Below the pieces are notes generated by a model that saw nothing but the letters and a program-made list of their open reading frames with translations, was not told the DNA's origin and ran no database searches. A program made the translations under genes and the position numbers. This document shows, piece after piece, positions 53,720 to 64,000 of a DNA stretch of 64,000 nucleotides (positions within the stretch are counted from its first letter, which is position 1; each line of letters starts with the position of its first letter). Source of the stretch: Eledone cirrhosa (taxonomy: Eukaryota). The stretch lies in assembly GCA_964016885.1 (NCBI GenBank), contig OZ024741.1:413230001-413294000 (forward strand). The letters run 5' to 3'.

Positions 53720-53990
53720 TTTGACTAAGTCATAAGCTTGGTTTGATTCCCCACGCCCTGTGGTACATTGTGTCCTTGAGCAAGGTACTTCATTTTACTC
53801 CCTGTTGCTCCAGTCCACTCAGGTGGAAAAAATGTGTTGTACCCATAATTCAAAAGAACCAGTTGTGTCATATGCTGCATCATGCCGAATCTCCCTGAGA
53901 ATTACGTGGAGGGTACACATGTCTGTGACATTCTCAACCACTTATACATTTATTTCATGGGTAGGTTGTTGTGTTGTTCAAACACCCACT
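53720..53990 (+). mobile_element. Degenerate SINE (related head fragment at 56995-57108)
   Basis: TGTGTCCTTGAGCAAGG...TTGCTCCAGTCCACTCAG matches TTAGCAAGACACTTTATTTCACATTGCTCCAGTTTACTCAGCTG at ~57055; B-box-like motif upstream. Confidence 0.6.
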
Positions 53991-54208
53991 GGGGGTTGGG
54001 AAGACATTTTTATTTTTCTAGTTATTTTTTGTGTTTTCAACTAATCTGACCTCCGACTTGTGTGTAATCGCCTTCCTTTCAAAGAATAGAATTGGGTGAG
54101 GGGACCCTCGGATTCTCCCAACCTTGGAGTATTCTTCAGTGTGAATAACAAAGACAGGAAAAGAGGAGGACACACAGAGTTATCGATAAGCACCTCCCAG
54201 CTGTTTAA

Positions 54209-54417
54209 CCCTTTAGCATTTAAACCGGCCATATCCGGCCAGAATTCTCTCCCATCTTTCTGTTCAAACCGGCTGTAACCAGCCACTCATACTAATGTTA
54301 TGGTATTGTTCTCAAAATAAATAATATCAAAATCTCATAGATCTGGTATTATGAGAGATAATTAGGTGAGGTAAAGCCTTTACCACGAAAATGCAATAGT
54401 ATATATAGCATAATGGG
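54209..54417. mobile_element. piggyBac-type MITE
   Basis: TTAA|CCCTTTAGC ... GCATAATGGG|TTAA: TTAA duplication with CCC/GGG termini. Confidence 0.65.
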
Positions 54418-54750
54418 TTAAATTTATAGAAAAGCAATCCCCTGATACTGAGAGCTGTGATCTTGTTTTCTTCATTTGCTCTCCTCTTGCTATCATTTCT
54501 GTGGACCAACACACTTCTAGCCACTGATTTCTGTCCTTTCAGGTAATATTTTACCTGATGCCATCATTAAAGGCATTTTACTGTTTTAACAGCTTTTCTT
54601 GTGTTGAGTTCCTCTCATTGTTCTATGAATTCTAATACTCTTGCGCTTCAACTTGATCTCCGAGAAAACTTTTATATATATATATATATATAATATATAG
54701 GATAAGGAAAAGCGAAGTAGTTTCAGATGTTCAAGTCCTTTAATAATAAT

Positions 54751-54824
54751 GCTGCGATACATATTTCAATGGTGACAGTGGCCACACTGTTCCATGCGCC
54801 AGTGCCACAACATAGTCAGACAGC
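54751..54824 (-). ncRNA. Degenerate hammerhead motif (G8 lost, extended stem II region)
   Basis: GCTGT-CTGACTA-...ATGGAACAGTG-TGGC-CACTGTCACCAT-T-GAAA-TATGTA-TC-GCAGC. Confidence 0.5.
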
Positions 54825-55257
54825 TTGTTACATAATAAGGTTATGTTTCCGAGGCAATCCAAATTGAATCGACATGGGAACGGACGAAGTGTGTGCTCTT
54901 GGGTTCTTCATCTGTCCCCTTGTGAGTACCAATTCACCCCCACCGGTCTGCGCAGGCGCAGGTCCGAAGGAAGTTGACCATCAGCTACCGCAGAGTTCAA
55001 CGAAATTGTCCTAGGCAGTTCCCCCTCTCAACCAAACAATGACCTATTCAGGCCTGTAATATATAGCTTACTGCTAGCCACCCCATCAGTGGCGGTCAAC
55101 CGAAAGCTAGTGGGGTTGGGAGAGTATGAGTATCAATAGGTCTCAATACTACCCTACATTAAGCATGGACAGTAGAATTGACCATCAACCTCTAAGAGAA
55201 AATATACTTAATTCTAGGTATTATGGTTTCACAGTGGAAATTATGAATGAGAGTTGG

Positions 55258-55340
55258 AAATTAAAATTAAAAATTAAAAATTAAAAATTAAAAATTAAAA
55301 ATTAAAAATTAAAATTAAAATTAAAATTAAAAATTAAAAA
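55258..55340. repeat. (AAAATT)n hexamer/heptamer repeat
   Basis: Directly visible. Confidence 0.92.
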
Positions 55341-56033
55341 GATTTACAAGTGAGAACCTAGATTGAAGTGAGTAAAAAAAATATGTGCACCTATACTAAC
55401 TAATATGTAGGGAGATGTTTAAGTAAGAAGTTTTGAAAGGGGCATCAATGTTACAGATATATTATCTACATACTGAACGATAGTACCGTACAGTAGAACG
55501 GAGGGTAAATTTCAGTATGAAAGGTAGTAGTTAGACGGGTACCTAGTTAGAATGTCCATCACATGGAACAAAACCCCAAAAAAACACAGATATAAATAAA
55601 ATACACAAAAAAAAACACAAAAAATACATACAGTACATATATGCAAAATGAGATAGGAGATACATGATTAATATGACTGTCAATTTGTCCATATATAGAT
55701 GGAATTGAGGGGGCTTCTGTTAAAATGCAATTTGGTGCAGGAAAATAAAGGTTTATCGTTGTTTTTGTTTCCGCGTATTTATCCTGTCAAAAGTTAGTTT
55801 ATAATTTTATGTACGTCCAGTATCAGGGATTTCCATCCCCATGGTAAAGGGAATTTCCGGGTGTAGCTGGTGGCTGGTTCCTCTCTTCTCCACTATATCG
55901 GTTACATCATAGAGCGTTCAACTAATTGGAGCTAAATTCTTAAGGTAAACATTGATGCAATTCAATTCAAGAATTCAAGCACTTAGCGTACTTATTCCAC
56001 ATAGGAGTGACAGAGAAAATATCGAATAAGGAA

Positions 56034-56090
<57 letters not shown>

Positions 56091-56194
56091 CTATATATAT
56101 ATATATATATATATACATATACAATATATATATATATATATTGTATATAGTGACGAAACATAAGTCAATTGCATGAACTCATAATCCTTTATTT

Positions 56195-56250
56195 ACTGCT
56201 ATATATATTTCGATGATAGCCATTGAGTGGCTATGACCTCATCAGGCAGT
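56195..56250 (-). ncRNA. Type I hammerhead ribozyme motif with fully canonical core
   Basis: ACTGC-CTGATGA-GGTCATAGCCA-CTCAA-TGGCTATCATC-GAAA-TATATA-TA-GCAGT: 5-bp stem I, 11-position stem II with G-C closure, self-complementary stem III. Confidence 0.85.
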
Positions 56251-56317
56251 TAGTCAGTTCTTAGATATGCCAGCTCTGTGTTTATGGTGTTGATGGTATC
56301 AGAGCCTTGGAACATAT

Positions 56318-56388
<71 letters not shown>

Positions 56389-56500
56389 TATATTGGGACA
56401 TAGATTGTGTATATATATATATATACATATATATATTAGAAAGTGAGGTTTTTTTTACAAAATGAAAAATAACCGAGGTGTCCTACACGAGTGAAAGTAT

Positions 56501-56757
56501 AAAGAAAAAAAGATGAAATCTAAAATGCAACTGGATTCTTATTTTAAAATAGATATATTTATTTGGTTCCTTTACCGGTTTTGCACTTCTTCTGCTTTTC
56601 AAAAGTAGAGTTGAGATGGAGATTCTGTGGTTTTTCTCTCAACTCTACTTTTGAAAAGCAGAAGAACTGCGAAACCGGTAAAGGAACCAAATAAATATAT
56701 ATATATTTTTTTTTAATAAGACTCCAGTTGCATTTTCGATTTCATCTTTTTTTCTTT
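56501..56757. repeat. Imperfect inverted repeat (~116-bp arms, 20-nt spacer) with mirrored hammerhead-like motifs
   Basis: 56501-56616 vs 56637-56757; right arm CTT-TTGAAAA-GCAG-AAGAA-CTGC-GAAA-CCGG-TA-AAG at 56648-56683. Confidence 0.88.
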
Positions 56758-56980
56758 CATCATCATCATCATCATCATCGTTTAACGTCCGTGTTCCATG
56801 CTTGCATGGGTTTGGACGGGAGTTTTCCCACTTGAGGCAAGAGTGGTTGTCTTGCTCGCATAGGACTGTCTGGCGGGTTTTCTACAGTTGGATGCCCTTC
56901 CTAACACCAACCACATTTACAGTGTGGGGCTGGGAGGTTTTTACCGTGTTGCCTACACGGCCACATTACAGTGTGGACTG
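56758..56980 (-). mobile_element. RTE family A 3'UTR and tail
   Basis: Reverse complement of 45860-46083. Confidence 0.9.
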
Positions 56981-57132
56981 TATATATATATATATGGCCT
57001 TGCAATCGAAAGGTTGTGAGCTCAATTCTCAGTTCGGGTGATGTGTTGTTTCCTTTAGCAAGACACTTTATTTCACATTGCTCCAGTTTACTCAGCTGTA
57101 GAAATGAGATGATAGGACTGGGGTCCCTATCA

Positions 57133-57298
57133 TCCCACTGCAAAGTGGTCGTGGAGGTGTCACGGAAAAAGCACCCAGCACTCACTGTAAATGAGGTTGG
57201 TGTTAGAAAGGGCATCCAGCTGTAGAAATCAACCCAGAATCAGTTCCCATCCCACCCTTGCAAGCAGGGAAAACGTAAAATGATGATGATGATGATGA
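57133..57298 (+). mobile_element. RTE 3'UTR fragment joined to a family B tail
   Basis: 57133-57247 matches 48270-48424; then CCCACCCTTGCAAGCAGGG...AAAATGATGATG. Confidence 0.75.
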
Positions 57299-57423
57299 TT
57301 ATATATATATATATATATATTACATATATATAGTAATAGAAGATCCCGTTAAGGGTGAAAGCAGCGATTCTTTGCTTAAACTTTAATCTGTTATTTTAAT
57401 AAATATTATATATATATATATAT

Positions 57424-57455
<32 letters not shown>

Positions 57456-58278
57456 TTTACGTCCGCTTTTCCCTGCTTGCAAGGGTGGGACGGGTCTTAT
57501 TCAGCACAGCATCTCTCCACTCGTCACGGTCCCTCGTCATCTCCACCGTGAGCTTCAATGATCTGAGGTCTGTTCTCACCACCTCCGCCCATGTTTTTCG
57601 TGGTCTACCTCTACCACGTCTTCCTTCAACTGGCATTTCCTGGCACTTCTTCACCCATCGGTCATCCTCCATGCGCATCACATGTCCATACCACCTCAGT
57701 CTCCTCTCCCGTACACTACATTCTATCCCTCTCAGACACAGTTTCTCTCTCAACACATTTATGCTGGGTCGTTCACGCACATTTACACTGCACATCCAAC
57801 GGAGCATGCTTGCCTCATTTCTCTCCAGCCGTTGCATATCCTCTGCGGTTGCTGCCCATGTCTCACTACCATGCAGCATCGCGCTCCTCATACAGGCATC
57901 ATACAACCGGCCTTTCGTACGCAGGGAGAAACCCTTCTTCGTCAACAGAGGAAGCAGCTCCCTAAACTTCTTCCAACCCGTCCTTATTCTAGATACTATA
58001 GCCTCGGAACACCCGCCTCCCATGCTAATCTGATCTCCTAGGTACCGGAAGCTATTCACCACTTATATAGCGCCCTCTCGCATTTGAAAAATGTGTCTAT
58101 CAGTGCGACTTCTACTGTCTAATTTCCCTGTACATCTACTGCATACATATTTCTCCCTACCTGTTAGTTTGCCTGCTATCCCACTACATCTCTTGTGTAC
58201 CCAGGACCTGCATTGTGTGCATTTTATAGAATTTATGCCAGTTCCTTTTCTGCATATCGAACATGGCCATTTCCCTGA
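57424..58278 (-). mobile_element. 5'-truncated RTE LINE (family B), one premature stop
   Basis: SGKWPCSIC...GAI*VVNSFRYLG...LHGSETW...RRLRWYGHVMR...GRPRKTW...DRDEWR; stop at 58063-58065; ORF ends at the (GAT)n tail. Confidence 0.93.
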
Positions 58279-58366
58279 TATATATATTATATATATATAT
58301 TATATATATATATATTATATATATATTATATATATATATATTATATATATATATATTATATATATA

Positions 58367-59580
58367 TAGGGTGCGGGCAATATTTGTTCGCAAGATTACT
58401 GTCTAGGAAAAAATAACACAGTAGTTTTATTTTTTTAAATATATTTATCAAACTTGGGTCAGTTTGTCTTCATGACTTGTTCTTTCGATCTAACTCGATA
58501 AACCCGCCATTGGCTTTGATGACGGCCTCAAGGCAGCCTCGGAACCGGCTAAAGGCCTTCGTCACTGTCCCCCGACTTATTTCATATTGCAGCTAGATCT
58601 GTTGGTGTCTTGTCCCACTGCGCCCACTGCACAAAGAAGTCGAGGGGGTTGCAGTCAGGCGAGCTGGGAGGCCAGATGTCAAGTGGAGTATGGTCGACGA
58701 AGTTTCTGACAGCCAGGCTTGGATCTTTCGGCTGGTATGGCAGGGCGCTGAGTCTTGCTGCAACACGTACGGCCTACCTGTAGCTACCTGGTCAATCCAG
58801 GGCTTTACTACCTTGCTCAGAACGCGGATGTAGCCATCAGTGTTCAACTTGAGGCCCTCAGGGAAGAAGTGAGGTGGCATGACGTCACCTTGACTGCTGA
58901 CGACACCTAAGGCCAATGTTGTCGCTGGAAACTTTGTCTGCATGACTCTGGGCATGTCTTTGGATGAGACAGCGAGCCACCTGTTGTTCTGGGAGGTGAT
59001 CTTCTGGTCTTGGCAGAAGTTTTTCTCGTCGGAGAAAAACCACAGCATGTCTGGCTCCAGTGTGTGTTTCAACTTGTTGATCAGTTTCTTTGCGTGCTTC
59101 AGTCGCTTTTCTTGCATCACCTTTGACAGAAATTGTCCTTTATTCATCTTGTATGAAACGTAGCGAATGTCTTCATGTACCACCAGCCTAATGAGCTTTT
59201 CATCCACGCCTTTCACCCTTGCAATAGCACGAATCAACTTGCTAGGTTCATTGTTGATGATATCCTGAACTTCAGCGACGAACTCGGGCGTTCTGAAGGC
59301 GTCGGATCATCGATCATGTGTTTTCCTCTCTGCTTCCAATTCCTTTCTGACCTTTTCCACCATTCTCCTGCTAACGCTGAGAAAGTCTGAAATTTTCATA
59401 TTTGTCCTCCCTGCGCAGATTCCAAGAAGAACTCTGTGTCTCTTCCACAAATTTGGAGGTTCAAAATTATTCATAATCAATTATTCTGAAAATATGAAGA
59501 CAAGAGTGACAATGGAAGTAAAAAAAAATGTGCATAAAATTAGCAGTTGAAAATTGCGAACAAATATCGTCCACACCCTG
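58367..59580 (-). mobile_element. Tc1/mariner-superfamily DD37D (maT) transposon, frameshifted transposase
   Basis: 27-bp imperfect TIRs (58367-58393, 59554-59580; CAGGGTG...ATATTTGTTCGCAA) with TA flanks; FSDEKNF, QQDSAPCH, WPPSSPDCNPLD; 37 residues between the last two Asp after restoring one base near 58703. Confidence 0.92.
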
Positions 59581-59600
59581 TATATATATATTATATATAT

Positions 59601-60155
59601 AGGTGGAAGCTACGGAGTAGGCAGACCCAGAAAAACCTGGGACGATTTGATAAATTCTGACCTTACACACTTACACCTCTCCAAGACAATGTCACTGGAC
59701 CGAGATCTTTGGCGCTACGCAGTAATACAGAAGACCCTCCTTGCCTAAGTACAAAGCAAAACCTACAGTCAGTAGGCACCTCTTCACCAAATATGCAACC
59801 CCCCCCCCATCCTACTACTCTACCCCCAACCCCATCTACAACATCCGTTTTTCTGTAAAGTTATGTTGGTACCACACCATCCAGTCCTAAATAAATGAGG
59901 TCGTGTAGGTGTTACGACAAAAAAACACACAGTCCATGCTGCAATGTGGCCGTGGAGGTAACTCGGTAAAAACCTCCCAGTCCACACTGTAAACGTGGTT
60001 GGTGTTAGGAAGGGCATCCAGCTGTAGAAAACCCGCCAGATAGTCCTATACGAGCGAGACAACCAATCTTGCTTCACGTGGGACAATTCCCATCTAAACC
60101 CATGCTAGCTTGGAAGATAGACGTTAAACAATGATGATGATGATGATGATGATGA
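59601..60155 (+). mobile_element. RTE family A 3' fragment
   Basis: GRPRKTWDDLINSDL...DRDLWRYAV, UTR and (GAT)n tail. Confidence 0.92.
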
Positions 60156-60156
60156 T

Positions 60157-60198
60157 ACCCTTGCAAGCAGGGGAAAGCGGATGTAAAATGATGGTGAT
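60157..60198 (+). mobile_element. Isolated RTE family B terminal hairpin and tail (another at ~62787-62847)
   Basis: CCCTTGCAAGCAGGGGAAAGCGGATGTAAAATGATG matches the end of 57424-58278. Confidence 0.8.
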
Positions 60199-60210
60199 AT
60201 ATATATAATA

Positions 60211-60245
<35 letters not shown>

Positions 60246-60255
<10 letters not shown>

Positions 60256-60312
60256 TCACCAGAATCAAAGCTATGTTCAAAACATAGCTTTGATTCTTGT
60301 GAATTCTATATA
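60246..60312. repeat. Hairpin: 32-bp arms (1 mismatch), 3-nt loop
   Basis: TATAGAATTCACCAGAATCAAAGCTATGTT-CAA-AACATAGCTTTGATTCTTGTGAATTCTATA. Confidence 0.92.
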
Positions 60313-60448
60313 ACTGCTCTGTAGAGCAACTGATGTTCTTACATTGAGCTATTTCCCTTACTGGTAATAAGGTAGTAATAAATTACTGACCTTCCCTGTT
60401 TATAGTTTAAAATATACATAACTATAAATAGTATCCTTAATATTATAT

Positions 60449-60572
60449 AGTCCTATGCGAGCAAGACAGTCCTATGCGAGCAAGACAACCACTCTTGCCT
60501 CAAGTGGTAAAACTCCCGTCCAAACCCATGCAAGCGTGGAACATGGACGTTAAACGATGATGATGATGATGA

Positions 60573-60575
<3 letters not shown>
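60449..60575 (+). mobile_element. Short RTE family A 3' end with 19-bp tandem duplication at its 5' junction
   Basis: AGTCCTATGCGAGCAAGAC twice, then hairpin and (GAT)n. Confidence 0.85.
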
Positions 60576-60629
<54 letters not shown>

Positions 60630-60636
<7 letters not shown>

Positions 60637-62104
60637 GGATATACGACACCTAAAAAATAAACGCAACCATGCCTCTCCTGGTCTTGATGGTGTTACGTAC
60701 CTGCTTCTTAAATGTGGTGGGTACTTCCTTCTGCACCAGTTATCATGCTTCTTCCAATTCTGTCTGAACAACAGTGCTACTCCAGAACAGTGGAAAACTG
60801 CCAGTGTAATTCCTCTGTTCAAAAAGGGTGACCGCACATCACCTGTGAACTATCGTCCAGTCAGTCTTACTAGTTGCATCGCCAAACTGATGGAATCCTG
60901 TGTCAGAGAAACACTTTGGAACTTCTGGAGCTCTCACAGTCTTATCCGGCCCTCGCAATTTGGATTTATCCCCAACTCCAGCTGCTGTGATACACTTATA
61001 GAGTTTCTTGAGGACATCACCTGGATCACTGATATCGGCTCATGGGTGGATGTTGTTTACCTTGACTTTGCGAAAACCTTCAATTCTGTGCCACACAAAA
61101 GGCTTATGGCATAAAGAATGCCACGGTACTAAAGTACGCAGATGACATCAAGCTGTACCTTGAGATAAAAAGGACAGATCCTGAACACTATAGATCTTGC
61201 TTGCAGTCTGACCTGGACACAATGCAACAATGGATCTCAGACTGGCAACTCAAGTTAGCTGTGGATAAGTGCACCACCATGCATTTTGGGAGTAAAAACA
61301 CACTGTCCACATACTCCCTCCACAGCACTAATATCAAGAAGTCTTCTTGTGACTGTGACCTGGGCATTACGGTCAGCAGCGATTTGCGTTGGACGAAGCA
61401 CGTCTCTAAAATTATCAAGAGGGCCAAGGGTGTCTTAGCATCACTCAGCAAGACCTTTGTCAGCCGCTCTCCAGATATCTATTTAAGGCTGTACATGGCT
61501 ATGGTGCGGCCACACTTAGAATTTGCATCACCAGTCTGGAACCCCCATCTTGCTCAGAACATTGACCGCCTGGAAACTGTTCAGAGACGTGCAACCAAGT
61601 GAATACCCTCCATCAGGCATCTACCATACTCTGAGCGCCTTGCTTCCCTGGGCATGGATACATTGAAGCTCCGACGCCTGGCAACTGACTTGGTAAACAC
61701 CCACAAAATTGTTAACCATCTTGCCAACAACAACCCTGAGTACCTTTTTGATTTCCATGTGTCTAACACACGTGGACATGCCCACAAAGTCAGAAAACAG
61801 CACAGCTCCCATGACTTTCTGAAACATTTTTTCACGCTCAGAGTTGCTGAAGCATGGAACAAACTACCTGCATCAGTTGTTAGCTGTCGAGACACTGCAT
61901 CCTTTAAGGCCTCCATGCTTCCTGAGATCCGCCAACACTACAGCTATTGTTCCCCCCCCATACACATACACACATGTATACCATGACTCATACTCTATTC
62001 ACTTCCCTGACATTTGTGTATTATTCTATGTACTATACATACACCTTTGACGAGTTGTAGTGCACCTGAGCACTTTACACAATAATTTCATTATTATTAT
62101 TATT
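60630..62104 (+). mobile_element. CR1-type LINE, RT pseudogene with internal deletion
   Basis: SPGLDG, WKTASVIPLFKKGD, NYRPVSLTS, QFGF, YLDFAK, KYADDIK (~61135), VRPHLEFASPVWNP, VQRRATK, TRGH, WNKLP; GVPQGS block missing at ~61110; TGA at 61600; (ATT)n tail. Confidence 0.93.
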
Positions 62105-62191
62105 ATATATAATATATATATATATATGATATATATATATATATATAATATATATATATATAATATATATAATATATATATTTATATATAT

Positions 62192-62447
62192 ATCATCATC
62201 ATCATCATCATCGTTTAATGTCCATGTTCCACGCTTGCATGGGTTTGGACGGGAGTTTTCTCACTTGAGGCAAGAGTGGTTGTCTTGTTCGCATAGGACT
62301 GTCTGGCGGGTTTTCTACAGCTGGATGCCCTTCCTAACACCAACCACATTTACAGTGTGGGGCTGGGAGGTTTTTACCGTGTTGCCTACACGGCCACATT
62401 ACAGCGTGGACTGTGTGTTTTTTTGTCGTGACACCTACACGATCTCA
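62192..62447 (-). mobile_element. RTE family A 3'UTR and tail
   Basis: Near identical to 56758-56980. Confidence 0.9.
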
Positions 62448-63203
62448 TATATATATATATAGTGGTAGAACACTGGAAGGTAATATCCATACTGGTAGAG
62501 CACTCAGTCCATGGGACGTGTTAGGTAGATGTGGTTACACAACAGTTAGTTCACGATACCGAGAACAATTGTTTCACCTTAGCGGATCCTCAGCTCGTAA
62601 TGGGCATGGTTATATGGAACAGGAACGACAACCGTACGAGCGCGCATGTGCAGAAACCTGTCACCTCACACAGGCAATGCTAAAATGCGAGCGAGAGGTG
62701 TAAGGGAGATAACTGCGAAAGTCCAAAAAGTTTTTAGTTGATGAGAAAATTATGATGTTGTAATTCAATCTGGAGCTTTGTAGTTATGTCCCACCCTTGC
62801 AAGCAGGGAAAAGCGGACGTAAAATGATGATGATGATGATGATGATGTAAGAGGTGTTTCGAAACGTGTGGAAAACGTGTGAAGAATTCATTTCTCGTGT
62901 TTAGGCAATCACTATTGCATAATCTCTTTAGAATATTTATTCACTCATCAATACATAGTCCACAACGGATTTCCCCTTGCGTAGTGAAGGCTTTCCATTG
63001 AATGGAGTAGTCTATACTTGAGTCCTTGAGTGACTATACATGACACGCGAGTTTCGTGGATGAACATCTGTCTGGGTACCTAAAGGTCGACTGGTGGTTC
63101 AGGAAACGTTCCTTAAATCACCCTCCACCATGCCCACATATATATATATATAAATAAAAATAACAGGAGGCTGGACTGGTGTAAATCCTTGAAAGGTTTA
63201 TTT

Positions 63204-63259
63204 TACTATGATCATTTCAATGACCGGGTTCCATCTGAATCCGGTGATATCATCAGGTA
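63204..63259 (-). ncRNA. Hammerhead motif (partly decayed) in a PLE-like terminal fragment
   Basis: TAC-CTGATGA-TATCACCGGATTC-AGATG-GAACCCGGTCATT-GAAA-TGATCA-TA-GTA; palindromic stem III ATGATCAT. Confidence 0.65.
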
Positions 63260-63604
63260 TTTGAAATATAACAAAGGAATATGTATATGTAAAAACCATG
63301 GGTCCGAAAAATCAGAGACAGAGAGGACGACTGACCAACTAGCTGTCTTCACCTCGGCCAGTCGCCATCAAAGTGATGGCAACTCGATCTGCTAATGACC
63401 ATCTGGTGAGGGGGCGAAGGCTTATAATGTACTACCACTCTCCGTCAAAGAATAAAAAATAAAAAAGGGGAAGAAAGAAAGAAAGAGAGAAGAAAAAAAA
63501 GAAAAAAAGGAAGAAGTCAGCGTAGGAGTCACACTACAGTCAAGCTAGAAAACGCCGCGAAAAACGTTATTCTAAAGAATCAATATTTTAACAAAGGCAT
63601 ATAT

Positions 63605-63787
63605 AATTGTTTCTACTTTAGGCACAACACCAGCAATTACCCAGTGCATTACTGGTACTTTATTTTATCGACCCCGTAAGGATGAAAGGCAAAGTCAACC
63701 TCGGTGGGATTTGAATTCAGATCGTAAAGGGACGTAACTATGGTGGAAAGCATGGCGTCCGACCCTCTACCAATACTGCCAATCCAC
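63605..63787 (-). mobile_element. tRNA-derived SINE (OK-like)
   Basis: Close match to 5117-5305 and reverse of 46550-46702. Confidence 0.85.
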
Positions 63788-64000
63788 AATGGGTGTCTGC
63801 ATGGTCTAATGTGTGAACAGAAACTTGGAACGTTAAACTTATGTTACGAATTATAGGATGAAATTAAATTAAAAAATAATAAATTGAAAATTGGAAAATA
63901 AATAAACAAAATATTTAATGAACTTACAGAGAGAGTCTTATATGAAAAAGTTAATCTCGATAAGATATCAGGGTGAGATAAAGATTAAATCCTTCGAATG

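Noticed and set aside
57335-57375. GAAGA-TCCC-GTTAA-GGGT-GAAA hammerhead-like remnant
   Set aside because: CUG and stem I missing; not distinguishable from chance

Overview
Eukaryotic, repeat-dominated window; no host protein-coding gene can be confidently supported. The SINE and RTE families resemble those I recall from octopus/cephalopod genomes (inference, not searched). Bases 1-43 kb are mostly tandem repeats, including a ~30-kb GTG-rich minisatellite with kilobase higher-order repeats. Bases 43-64 kb are a dense set of transposon remnants inserted into (TA)n tracts: RTE LINEs (two families with a PHD finger inside the RT), a CR1-type LINE, a DD37D (maT) transposon, a non-autonomous Helitron, a piggyBac-type MITE, tRNA-derived SINEs and Penelope-like element (PLE) pieces. 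The strongest signal is a set of about nine minimal hammerhead-ribozyme motifs in PLE-type pseudo-LTR fragments. Two of them sit in mirror image in a perfect 264-bp-arm palindrome (52285-52815), and some copies show the U3:A8 core variant. Most long ORFs in the track are repeat artefacts.
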